From Litorimonas sp. (GTDB taxonomy: Bacteria > Pseudomonadota > Alphaproteobacteria > Caulobacterales > Maricaulaceae): a stretch of DNA of 64,000 nt. Under the pieces are notes generated by a model. It worked only from the letters and a program-made list of their open reading frames with translations, did no database searches and had not been told where the DNA came from. The stretch spans positions 31 to 64,030 of the forward strand of contig JBDWGH010000001.1 of assembly GCA_039975855.1 (NCBI GenBank), written 5' to 3'. Position numbers and translations under genes: made by a program. This document shows, one piece after another, positions 23,504-32,466 of the stretch; within the stretch, counting starts at the first letter, position 1; each line of letters starts with the position of its first letter.

Positions 23504-25798
23504 ATGAAAAAGCTTACACCTCGTCCGCCAAAAAAGACCTTCATCACAGATGAACAGGCCTTACGATTTCATTCCGATCCGACGCCGGGCAAACTTGCCC
23601 TACAGCCAACAAAACCAATGGCCACCCAGCGCGATTTATCGCTGGCCTACAGTCCTGGTGTGGCTGTTCCCGTGGAAGCCATCGCCGCCGATCCTGACAC
23701 TGTTTATGACTATACGTCCAAAGGCAATATGGTTGCCGTCATATCAAACGGTACCGCGATTTTAGGTCTTGGGAATTTAGGCGCTATGGCGTCAAAGCCC
23801 GTTATGGAGGGGAAATCTGTCCTCTTTAAACGTTTCGCCGATATCGATAGCTTCGATATTGAGGTTGAGGAAGAGGATGCTGAGGCCTTCATTGAATGCG
23901 TCAAACGTTTCGGAAACACGTTTGGGGGTATAAACCTTGAGGATATAGGTTCCCCTGAGTGTTTTATCATCGAGCAAGAGCTCCGAGACCTACTCGACAT
24001 CCCAGTGTTTCATGACGATCAACATGGTACGGCCATTATCGCGACCGCCGGCCTAATCAACGCGTGTCACCTGACCGGACGAAACTTTGAAGATATCAAA
24101 CTTGTGCTATCCGGTGCAGGCGCTGCGGGGCTCTCTGTCCTCAATCTTGTGAAGCGTCTTGGCGTGAAAGATGAGAACGCGATTGTAATCGACAGCCGCG
24201 GTGTCATCTATCGCGGACGAAAAGAATATATGGATCAGTGGAAGGCGCCGCACGCCGTTGATACGGAATTGCGGACGTTGGAAGAGGCTATGATTGGTGC
24301 AGACGTTTTCTTTGGCCTCTCTGTAGCTGGGATCGTGTCGAAAGATATGGTGAAATCTATGGCGCCAAATCCGATTATTTTTGCCATGGCTAATCCGGAC
24401 CCGGAAATCCTGCCTGAAGATATTAAAGCCGTTCGAGATGATGCGATCATTGCAACTGGCCGATCTGATTACCCCAACCAGGTCAATAATGTGCTCGGCT
24501 TCCCGTATATTTTCCGCGGAGCTCTCGATGTTCGGGCTCGGAACGTAAACGAAGAAATGAAATTAGCCTGTGCGCATGCGTTGGCAGATTTGGCACGTCA
24601 GGATGTACCCGAAGAAGTCGCCGCCGCGTATCATGGCAATCGTCCGAAATATGGTCCTGAATATATTATCCCAGCGCCATTCGACCCACGTTTGATTTCC
24701 GAAATCCCGCCTTATGTCGCCCAAGCTGCGATGGACACAGGTGAGGCTCGTAAACCGATTGAAGATATGGAGGCTTATAAAAAATCTCTCGCCCGTCGTC
24801 AGGACCCAACGGCTGCAATTCTCCAAGGTATTACGTCCGCTGTCCAAGATGAACCAAAGACGATTGTCTTTGCGGAAGGTGAAGAGCCGGCGGTCATTCG
24901 CGCCGCTCAAGCCTTTCAACAACGTGGATTGGGAAAAGCCATATTGATTGGCCGCGAAAAGCCGATTTACGATAATATGAAACTTCTTGGTGTCGAAAAT
25001 CCAGAAAGCCTCACGGTATTGAATGCACGGCTTTTTGATAGAAACGCGGAATTCACAGAATATCTATATAGCCGATTGCAGCGGAAAGGTTTCCTTCGGC
25101 GAGATGCACAACGCCTCGTGAATAATGATCGAAACGTGTTTTCATCGCTTTTGCTTCAGCATGGTTTGGCAGATGGTATGGTGTCCGGTGTGACTCGATC
25201 TTATGATGTTGTTTTGCGGGATGTTCGTCTAGTCCTGGCGCATCGTCCGGAAGAACGCACAATGGGTGTTTCGGTTGTTGTGAACCGCGGGAAAACACTT
25301 TTCATCGCAGATACCAATATCACAGAACTTCCCGATGCATGGGACTTGGCAAATATCGCTGAATCGACGGCCAATTTTGCGCGTGAATTTGGGTTTGAGC
25401 CGCGCGTTGCCTTTTTGTCCTATTCGACATTTGGCAATCCGGTTGGAGAGCGTATGAAAAAGGTTCGAGAAGCCGTTCAAATCCTCGATGAGCGCGAAGT
25501 TGATTTTGAATATGAAGGGGATATCGCTGCCGATGTAGCACTGGATCCAATGCATATGCTGACATATCCGTTCTCACGTCTTACCGATTCAGCCAATGTT
25601 CTGGTGATGCCAGCTATTCATAGTGCGTCGATCTCAACAAAGTTATTGGACACAGTCGGCGGAGCAACCGTATTAGGGCCTTTCTTGACGGGGCTAGAAA
25701 AGCCGGTTCAAATTTGTTCTCTTGGCGCCACGGCGTCCGAGATCGTGCAAATGGCGACCTTGGCGGCCTTTGCGCCGTCGCATCGTGATTTAGGCTAA
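23504..25798 (+). CDS. maeB: NADP-dependent malic enzyme (malic enzyme domain fused to a phosphotransacetylase-like domain)
   Basis: About 764 aa. SLAYSPGVA, FHDDQHGTAI and a GAGAAG NAD(P) fold, plus a C-terminal PTA-like half. The ATG at 23504 with SD is preferred to the GTG at 23492. Confidence 0.93.
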   Translation: MKKLTPRPPKKTFITDEQALRFHSDPTPGKLALQPTKPMATQRDLSLAYSPGVAVPVEAIAADPDTVYDYTSKGNMVAVISNGTAILGLGNLGAMASKPVMEGKSVLFKRFADIDSFDIEVEEEDAEAFIECVKRFGNTFGGINLEDIGSPECFIIEQELRDLLDIPVFHDDQHGTAIIATAGLINACHLTGRNFEDIKLVLSGAGAAGLSVLNLVKRLGVKDENAIVIDSRGVIYRGRKEYMDQWKAPHAVDTELRTLEEAMIGADVFFGLSVAGIVSKDMVKSMAPNPIIFAMANPDPEILPEDIKAVRDDAIIATGRSDYPNQVNNVLGFPYIFRGALDVRARNVNEEMKLACAHALADLARQDVPEEVAAAYHGNRPKYGPEYIIPAPFDPRLISEIPPYVAQAAMDTGEARKPIEDMEAYKKSLARRQDPTAAILQGITSAVQDEPKTIVFAEGEEPAVIRAAQAFQQRGLGKAILIGREKPIYDNMKLLGVENPESLTVLNARLFDRNAEFTEYLYSRLQRKGFLRRDAQRLVNNDRNVFSSLLLQHGLADGMVSGVTRSYDVVLRDVRLVLAHRPEERTMGVSVVVNRGKTLFIADTNITELPDAWDLANIAESTANFAREFGFEPRVAFLSYSTFGNPVGERMKKVREAVQILDEREVDFEYEGDIAADVALDPMHMLTYPFSRLTDSANVLVMPAIHSASISTKLLDTVGGATVLGPFLTGLEKPVQICSLGATASEIVQMATLAAFAPSHRDLG

Positions 25799-25856
25799 AA
25801 CACTGTCATCACCGCAAAAGACCAACGTCCTTGAAGGCTCGGTAGCTAAGCATATC

Positions 25857-27182
25857 TTGCGTATGCTGGGGCCGTTTTCTATTGCGGTGATCGCGATGAT
25901 TTCGACAGGCATCGTGGACACAATTTACCTTGGCCGCTTAGAAGACCCAAATAATCCAAATATTGCGCGCGCTGTTCTGGCAGCGTTGGGAATCGCATTC
26001 CCGATCAGCTTTATTGGAAACAGCGCGAATATCGGGCTTGGGGCTGGAACGATGAGCGCGGTTTCTAGAGCTTTGGGGCAGGGGGATGCAGCTAAGTCAA
26101 AGCGACATGCTGCTGCAGCAATCTTGCTCGGTTTGTTTGTGATGAGTTTTCTTGTGGCCTTCATGCTACTGGTGTCGCCCTTCATTCTGTCTTTGATGGG
26201 GCAAAGCGACGACGTTGAGCAACGGGCATTCGGTTATCTCTTAATTGTATTGCCCGGGCTCATATTGGTTTCGGTTGCTTCGATGAGCAATAATATTCTC
26301 CGCGCAGGCGGAGAAGCCCTTCTTCCCTCTTCAATCATGATACTCGGCGCTATCATTAACATTATTCTCAATCCATTTTTTATCTATGGATGGGGGCCAT
26401 TCCCACGAATGGAGTTGCAAGGCGCTGCGCTTTCGACATTAGTCGGAAATGGGGTTGGCGCGGCTTACGGATTCTACATTGTCTTGTTCCATCGCAAGGC
26501 CATCGATTTCGTTGGTATGACTATGAAATCAATGAAACATGCTTGGTCAATTATCGGGCAGGTCGGCCTTCCGGCAGCGGGAACTAATATTATTGTTCCT
26601 GTCGCAACTTGGGTTGTGGTGGCCATTATTGGTAACGTTTTGGGGGAGGCCGATGTCGCGGCTTTCACTGTGGCTAGTCGTGCAGAATTGATTTCTGTTG
26701 GGCTGTTATATGCGTTGTCCGCATGTATTGGGGCTGTGACAGGGCGAAATGGCGGCGCAGGACAAACGGACCGCGTGCGGGAAGCTTTTCGGGTTTGCTA
26801 TCTGATTTGCATTGTTTGGGGAACAGTTATGGCCGTCCTTTTGGCCGTCTTTGCAACGCAAATCGCCAACCTGTTCACCAGCGATGAGCTTCTCATCGAG
26901 AAAATTATTCCGTATTTTTATATCGTGCCAATTACGGTTTTTGCTTATGGCTTTGTTTTCGTCAGTGCGGCTGGTTTGAATGCATTGGGACGTCCTATGT
27001 TTGGCTTGATTTACACAATTATTCGGTCACTCATTTTATATATCGGCCTCATCGCCATAGGGGTGTTCACAGCTGGTCTTGTTGGTGCATTTGTGGGTGT
27101 CGCCGCTGCTAATATCGTTTCAGGATTTATCGCGATTTACTGGACTTTAAAGAAAGCACCTATGACCGCGAAAGAGAGTTGA
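25857..27182 (+). CDS. MATE-family efflux transporter
   Basis: 441 aa, 12 TM and a two-fold internal repeat typical of MATE/NorM-like proteins. The start is ambiguous (TTG at 25857 or ATG at 25863). Confidence 0.75.
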   Translation: MRMLGPFSIAVIAMISTGIVDTIYLGRLEDPNNPNIARAVLAALGIAFPISFIGNSANIGLGAGTMSAVSRALGQGDAAKSKRHAAAAILLGLFVMSFLVAFMLLVSPFILSLMGQSDDVEQRAFGYLLIVLPGLILVSVASMSNNILRAGGEALLPSSIMILGAIINIILNPFFIYGWGPFPRMELQGAALSTLVGNGVGAAYGFYIVLFHRKAIDFVGMTMKSMKHAWSIIGQVGLPAAGTNIIVPVATWVVVAIIGNVLGEADVAAFTVASRAELISVGLLYALSACIGAVTGRNGGAGQTDRVREAFRVCYLICIVWGTVMAVLLAVFATQIANLFTSDELLIEKIIPYFYIVPITVFAYGFVFVSAAGLNALGRPMFGLIYTIIRSLILYIGLIAIGVFTAGLVGAFVGVAAANIVSGFIAIYWTLKKAPMTAKES

Positions 27183-27222
27183 CGGATAAACTCTTGGAGG
27201 CTAACTCCCGCGCTCACATCGT

Positions 27223-27307
27223 GCGGGTGTGGCGGAATTGGTAGACGCGCCAGATTTAGGTTCTGGTATCTTAGGATGTGAAGGTTCAAGTCCTTTCACC
27301 CGCACCA
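27223..27307 (+). tRNA. trnL: tRNA-Leu (anticodon TAG), class II with a long variable arm
   Basis: Acceptor GCGGGTG/CACCCGC, anticodon arm CCAGA-TTTAGGT-TCTGG, long variable arm, T arm GAAGG-TTCAAGT-CCTTT, encoded CCA. Confidence 0.93.
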
Positions 27308-27396
27308 CTTTTCTCTCGGTATCGGGCGTTTAAACCCTTGTAATTATACAGTTTTCCTGTGGAAGTCTATAGCTTCTTTTACTGTTTTACGCGTCC

Positions 27397-27432
27397 TGCA
27401 GTACAAACTGTAGTACAATGTGCGGTACAAAT
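27397..27432 (+). repeat. Three tandem 12-bp units TG(C/T)(A/G)GTACAA(A/T)N
   Basis: TGCAGTACAAAC / TGTAGTACAATG / TGCGGTACAAAT are head to tail, 13 nt upstream of the integrase-relic ATG. Confidence 0.85.
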
Positions 27433-27444
27433 GAGGAAACTGGT

Positions 27445-27720
27445 ATGAAAGCCATAAGCCGCCCGAACCATTATCTTCAGCAACACGGAGAGGTTTGGTA
27501 GTATGTTCGCCGCGTCCCGACGATTCTCACGAAGAATATAGGACGCCGCATTATTTCCCGTTCACTAGAGACCGATAGCGCAAGCATGGTGCGTAGGCGT
27601 CGTGATATGTGAGCCGACGCAGACGATGCCCGCTGGCAAAAGCTTATGCTTAGCACCTTCGATAGGCTTAGCGTTGACCGCTCCAATTTGCAGACTCGAT
27701 TGGAAAAGAAACTTGTGATG
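27445..27720 (+). pseudogene. Tyrosine integrase N-terminal relic (two in-frame stops, catalytic domain missing)
   Basis: Single frame: MKAISRPNHYLQQHGEVW*YVRRRVPTILTKNIGRRIISRSLETDSASMVRRRRDM*ADADDARWQKL. The G-x-W/Y-Y-x-RRRVP ... SL-x-T-x-D pattern is characteristic of the N-terminal arm of tRNA-associated integrases. The stops are at 27499-27501 and 27610-27612. Confidence 0.6.
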
Positions 27721-27752
27721 GTAAAGCAGATATTGGCTGTGCTTCAGAACGC

Positions 27753-28259
27753 TCATTCATCGATCCATTTTAGTTTTTCTAATGGATACCCAAGATACCA
27801 TTTTGCTCGCTCAAGGATGATGCGTGTTTTTACGACCTTTATTCCTAGGTCCTCGCGAACACTGACCTCATCGATTAAAGCGTTGAGGGCCTGTGTGTTT
27901 GAACAGCATGTAAAACAGATGTAATCGACATCCCCCGTAATACGAAGACAGTCCATAAATTCAGGTATTGTCTCGATTGCGGCTTCGAACCTTTTCCGGA
28001 AAGAGGTTGTGTTATTTTCAAGCGTAAATTCTACATAGGCTAGAACGTGCTCGACCATGCGGTCCAAGTCTAGATCCGTATGAAAGCTAACGAAATACCC
28101 GGCCTCTTTTAAGGCCTTCATGCGTTGAAAACATGCGCTGGGAGACAGCCCCACTTTTTCTGCTAATTCTTGATTGGAGATATCTGAGTTCAGATGCGTG
28201 ATGGATAGAATTTTCTTGTTAATTGCATCCAGTTTCAGGTTCTTTTTCTTTGATGTCAT
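27753..28259 (-). CDS. Lrp/AsnC-family transcriptional regulator
   Basis: MTSKKKNLKLDAINKKILSITHLNSDISNQELAEKVGLSPSACFQRMKALKEAGY (HTH) plus a C-terminal RAM/AsnC domain. ATG at 28259 with a GAGGAT SD. The ORF-track start at 28445 is an extension. Confidence 0.88.
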   Translation of the reverse strand: MTSKKKNLKLDAINKKILSITHLNSDISNQELAEKVGLSPSACFQRMKALKEAGYFVSFHTDLDLDRMVEHVLAYVEFTLENNTTSFRKRFEAAIETIPEFMDCLRITGDVDYICFTCCSNTQALNALIDEVSVREDLGIKVVKTRIILERAKWYLGYPLEKLKWIDE

Positions 28260-28397
28260 CTCATCCTCACTTCTGTGGAAACATAAAGCGAATTTTGATT
28301 TGCCTTCAATGACGAAATTGTTCCGTGTCATGGCTATCCTATTCGATGGATAATTCTGTTTGGATGACGTTAGTATTCTTAAAAAGGGAATGGGTCT

Positions 28398-29681
28398 GTG
28401 GACGAGAATAGTGAATTTGCAGCAGTAAAGATTGCCAGCAATCAATTGGTGCCTTGGCCGCGCGTTGCCGCGGTCGGCGCCATGGTCGCATTTTCGCTCC
28501 CAACTTTTGTGACCGGACTAGAAGTCGGGGCTGGATTGAGCCCCTTGAATACAGTTTGGGCGCTTCTTTGGGGCTCAGTTATTATAGTCATCATTGGTGC
28601 CGTGATGGGCGTTATTGGTGCCAAATCACGCATGAGCTCTTATCTTTTGGTGAGGATTGCATTTGGTGATCACGGCGCGAGTCTGGTCAATATTGCCTTT
28701 GCGATATCCTTATTGGGTTGGTTTGGCGTGAACATAAATCTGTTCATGGATGCTGTCGCAGGTTTGGGGCGAGACGTTTGGGCCGTAGATTTGCCGCCTG
28801 TTGGGCTCGCGATATTTGCGAGTTTTTGTATGACGCTCACCACTTTAATCGGGTTCAAAGCTATCAATATTCTCGCCAGCCTACTGGTCCCTGTCTTGGC
28901 CGTTGTAACGGTTTTGCTCGCGAAACTAGCACTATCGACGCAAACGATTTCCGAAGTTTTCGCGGTCGAAAAGGTCGAGACCCTAACTGTCGGTGAAGGC
29001 ATTTCTGCAATTGTCGGAGCGATTATTATCGGCGCCATAATTCTTCCTGATATCACCCGATTTGTCAGACATTGGAGCGGAGCAATCTATACCGCTATCA
29101 TTTCCTATCTCGTTGTTCAGATGGCGGTCATGGGCGCGGCTGCGCTTGCCGGTGCGACATCAGGTAAAGATGATGTGTTAGAGATCATGTTGGATTTAAA
29201 CTTGGGCATAGGTGCATTCCTCATCGTCATTGCGGGCAGTTGGGTACTTAACTCACTCAACCTTTACAGCGCTGTTCTCGGCATGAAGGCGACTTTTCCC
29301 AAACTGAAAACTATTTTTCTCACGATTGCTTTGGGGGTCATAGGCGTCGCTGCGGCATTGATGAATATCCTCGATAGTTTCATCACATTCCTATTTTACC
29401 TCTCGGTTATTTTCATACCTGTCGCCGGTGTTTTGATCATCGACGCCCTGCTTATTCGGCCAAGTATCTACAAAATAGAGACTTTGGAGAATAACCGCAC
29501 CTTAAACTGGAAGGCCTTTGCGGCTTGGGCTGTTGGCGCTGTCATCGCCGTTTTAGCATCTGACGGATTTATTCCAACCTTGACCAAGATCCCGGCATTG
29601 GATGCGGTTATCCTTTCGGGCGTTCTTTACATCGCTTTGGCGTGGACACAGCGGGAAACGAAACAGGCGACTTCGGCATGA
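28398..29681 (+). CDS. NCS1-family (cytosine/purine/uracil/hydantoin-type) permease
   Basis: 427 aa, about 12 TM and a CodB-like size and layout. GTG start. Divergent from the Lrp gene. Confidence 0.75.
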   Translation: MDENSEFAAVKIASNQLVPWPRVAAVGAMVAFSLPTFVTGLEVGAGLSPLNTVWALLWGSVIIVIIGAVMGVIGAKSRMSSYLLVRIAFGDHGASLVNIAFAISLLGWFGVNINLFMDAVAGLGRDVWAVDLPPVGLAIFASFCMTLTTLIGFKAINILASLLVPVLAVVTVLLAKLALSTQTISEVFAVEKVETLTVGEGISAIVGAIIIGAIILPDITRFVRHWSGAIYTAIISYLVVQMAVMGAAALAGATSGKDDVLEIMLDLNLGIGAFLIVIAGSWVLNSLNLYSAVLGMKATFPKLKTIFLTIALGVIGVAAALMNILDSFITFLFYLSVIFIPVAGVLIIDALLIRPSIYKIETLENNRTLNWKAFAAWAVGAVIAVLASDGFIPTLTKIPALDAVILSGVLYIALAWTQRETKQATSA

Positions 29682-31216
29682 GAATAGGCATTGATGTTGG
29701 CGGCACCCATACGGATGCAGTCATATTAGATGGTGATAAAGTTATCGCAGCGACCAAGGCGTTGACGTCTTCCGATGTCATCTCTGGCGTGACCGCTGCG
29801 CTGGACGAAGTTCTAAAGCAGTCGGCGGTGAGTCAGTCTTCGATCAAAACGGTTATGATCGGGACAACACAATTTACCAATGCGATTGTTGAACGCCGAG
29901 AGCTGTCGAAAGTGGCGGTTATACGTATTGGGCTGCCGTCAGGGCGCGGGATGCCGCCGATGGTGGATTGGCCACAAGACATGATCAATGCCATCGGTGC
30001 GGAAATCTACATCCTGCATGGCGGCTATCTTTACAACGGCTGGCCGGTCGCGGAGATGCGAGATGATGAAGTGAACGCCGCTGTCGAGGATATCCAAGGT
30101 AAGGGCATCAAGAATATCGCTATCGCCTCGGCTTTTTCTCCGATGAATAACACGCCAGAAACGCAGGTTGCGGCGAAAATTCGAGCGGCAATTCCGGATG
30201 CAAACATAACACTTTCGCATAGTTTTGGCCGATTGGGCCTTATGGAGCGCGAGAATGCCGCTATCATGAATACGACCCTTTTGCCATTTGCGGATAGAGT
30301 GGTCAGCTCATTTTTAGGAGCTTTGGCACAACGCGGACTGAATTGCCCCGCTTTCATTAGTCAGAATGACGGAACGTTGATGAACGCGGATTTCGTGCGC
30401 GCTTACCCCGCTCTTACCTTCGCATCAGGACCAACAAATTCACTGCGCGGAGCGTATAAATTGACGGGTTTAGAGGATGCAATCGTTGTTGATATCGGCG
30501 GCACCACTTCGGACATCGGGGTGATCCAAAATGGCTTCCCGCGTGAGTCTAATGTTATCGTAAATATTGGCGGTATTCGCACGAATTTCAGGATGCCTGA
30601 CATTTTGGCGATTGGCTTGGGTGGCGGCAGTCATGTGTCTGATGATGGCACGAAAATTGGTCCGCAGTCTGTCGGGCATAAATTGGTCACAGAAGGCCTC
30701 GTCTTTGGCGGGAAAACCCTCACCACTACTGATATCTTGGTCGCCGGGGGTCATGCCGATATTGGAGATAAATCTAGGGTTGCGCCTTTGGACGGCTCCG
30801 TCCTGACGCGGGCTAAGGCGACGCTCCATAAAATGCTAAACGATAATATCGAGATGATGAAACCGGGTGGAAAAGAAATGCCAGTCATTCTGGTTGGCGG
30901 CGGCGCTATTCTTGTGACGGAGGGTCTCAATGCCGCATCCAATCTCCATCGCCCCGAAAATGCAGGCGTTGCAAATGCCATTGGGGCAGCGATTGCTCAG
31001 GTTGGCGGAGAAGCGGAGCGCATGTTGTCTTACCGTCAAACGCCGCGTGATGAATCCATTGCATCCGTGACCCATGCTGCAACGGAACGGGCGGTTAAAG
31101 CAGGTGCCGATCCAAACACCATAAGAGCTGTCGATATCGAAGAAACGGCAGTGCCCTATATGGACGAAGGTGCAACGCGTGTTCGGGTCAAAGTGATTGG
31201 GGAATTGGCGCGATGA
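29678..31216 (+). CDS. Hydantoinase/oxoprolinase-family protein (HyuA-like, ASKHA fold)
   Basis: MRIGIDVGGTHTDAVILDG... and DIGGTTSDIGVI are the two ASKHA phosphate motifs of the hydantoinase A family. Its ATG overlaps the permease stop (ATGA at 29678-29681). Confidence 0.85.
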   Translation: MRIGIDVGGTHTDAVILDGDKVIAATKALTSSDVISGVTAALDEVLKQSAVSQSSIKTVMIGTTQFTNAIVERRELSKVAVIRIGLPSGRGMPPMVDWPQDMINAIGAEIYILHGGYLYNGWPVAEMRDDEVNAAVEDIQGKGIKNIAIASAFSPMNNTPETQVAAKIRAAIPDANITLSHSFGRLGLMERENAAIMNTTLLPFADRVVSSFLGALAQRGLNCPAFISQNDGTLMNADFVRAYPALTFASGPTNSLRGAYKLTGLEDAIVVDIGGTTSDIGVIQNGFPRESNVIVNIGGIRTNFRMPDILAIGLGGGSHVSDDGTKIGPQSVGHKLVTEGLVFGGKTLTTTDILVAGGHADIGDKSRVAPLDGSVLTRAKATLHKMLNDNIEMMKPGGKEMPVILVGGGAILVTEGLNAASNLHRPENAGVANAIGAAIAQVGGEAERMLSYRQTPRDESIASVTHAATERAVKAGADPNTIRAVDIEETAVPYMDEGATRVRVKVIGELAR

Positions 31217-32307
31217 AGCAGATCGATTTAAGTCATCTCGACGATTTGGCCTTAGGTTCCGTCTTTCTAGCGACAGGCGGCGGAGGTGACCCGCATGTAC
31301 CTCAACTTATCACAGAACAAGCAATCAAGTCTTACGGGCCAGTATCTTTAATAGCGCCAGAGGCATTAGATGATAACGCATTCATTGTTCCCATTGGAAA
31401 TGTTGGCGCGCCAACAGTTAGCTTGGAACTTCTTCCATCTGTCGACGAGGCTGCCAAAACAATTGAAGCCTTTGAAGCGCATATTGGGCGTAAGGTCGAC
31501 GCACTCGCCTCTTTTGAAATTGGTGGGGGTAACTCTCTTATCCCTCTGGTAGCCGCAGCAGTCAAAGGCATTCCAGTCGTTGATGGTGATGGTATGGGCC
31601 GCGCGTTGCCAGAGGCCCAAATGATGTCTTATGCAATCGCGGGCGTGCGGCCAACACCTGCTTTAGCAATGGATTACGCAGGTAATGTGGCAACATTTCA
31701 GACGGATACGACGGAAGTGTATGAGCGCCATATTCGCAGTTTTGCAATGGCCGCAGGAGGTATGATCACAACAGCTGAGCACGCCATGAATGGTTCCGAG
31801 TTGAAGCGCTCTGTGATCCCTGGGACGCTAAGTTTTTCGGTCGAACTTGGGCGCATTTTACGAGAAAATAGAGGGCAAGCCGAAGGTTTGTTGGAACCCC
31901 TTCAAAACGCCTTCTCCGCGTCAATTTACGGGCAATGCAAACTAGTTTTTCAAGGTAAAGTTATCGACAAGGGGACACGTATTGTCGGAGGGTATGACGT
32001 TGGCGAGGCTATCATAGAGCGCTTCGATGGTTCAGGGGAGCCTCTCAAAATTAGAATTAAAAATGAATATCTTCTCGCGACTATCGAGGAGAAGGTCATT
32101 GCCAGTGTCCCGGATTTGATCGTGATTGTAGATTACGAAACTGGAACGCCGATTAATGCTGAGCGCCTACGTTATGGTCACCGAGTCGCCGTTTTCGCTG
32201 TAGGGTGTCCTGATTTTTACCGGACTCCAGCCGCGTTGAAAGTTGTTGAACCGCGCTGCTTTGGTTTTGATATCGATTATGTTGCGCTGGAGGATATTCA
32301 TCCATGA
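31213..32307 (+). CDS. DUF917-family protein
   Basis: N-terminus LALGSVFLATGGGGDPHVP matches the DUF917 G-rich signature. ATGA overlap with the upstream gene at 31213-31216. Confidence 0.8.
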   Translation: MKQIDLSHLDDLALGSVFLATGGGGDPHVPQLITEQAIKSYGPVSLIAPEALDDNAFIVPIGNVGAPTVSLELLPSVDEAAKTIEAFEAHIGRKVDALASFEIGGGNSLIPLVAAAVKGIPVVDGDGMGRALPEAQMMSYAIAGVRPTPALAMDYAGNVATFQTDTTEVYERHIRSFAMAAGGMITTAEHAMNGSELKRSVIPGTLSFSVELGRILRENRGQAEGLLEPLQNAFSASIYGQCKLVFQGKVIDKGTRIVGGYDVGEAIIERFDGSGEPLKIRIKNEYLLATIEEKVIASVPDLIVIVDYETGTPINAERLRYGHRVAVFAVGCPDFYRTPAALKVVEPRCFGFDIDYVALEDIHP

Positions 32308-32466
32308 TTCAGCAACCGCATAAGATGAAAAAAACAGCATCTTTGGCTCAAAGCAAACAATATTCCATCTTTAGAGGTCACTGCAGAATAGCCGAGCTTT
32401 ATCTTGTATTCGCGGCAGCATAACCATTACAAAGACTTAACTAAACCATATTTTGAGGGAAATATT

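Noticed and set aside
27646-27924. 92-aa + strand ORF (MLSTFDRLSVDRSNLQ...)
   Set aside because: It is in the same frame as the integrase relic and is simply its tail after the second stop. Its distal part runs antisense through the Lrp gene. It is not an independent gene.
32308-32466. Riboswitch (e.g. cobalamin) in front of the TonB-dependent receptor
   Set aside because: No B12-box-like or other recognisable conserved riboswitch core is seen. The region is short and AT-rich.
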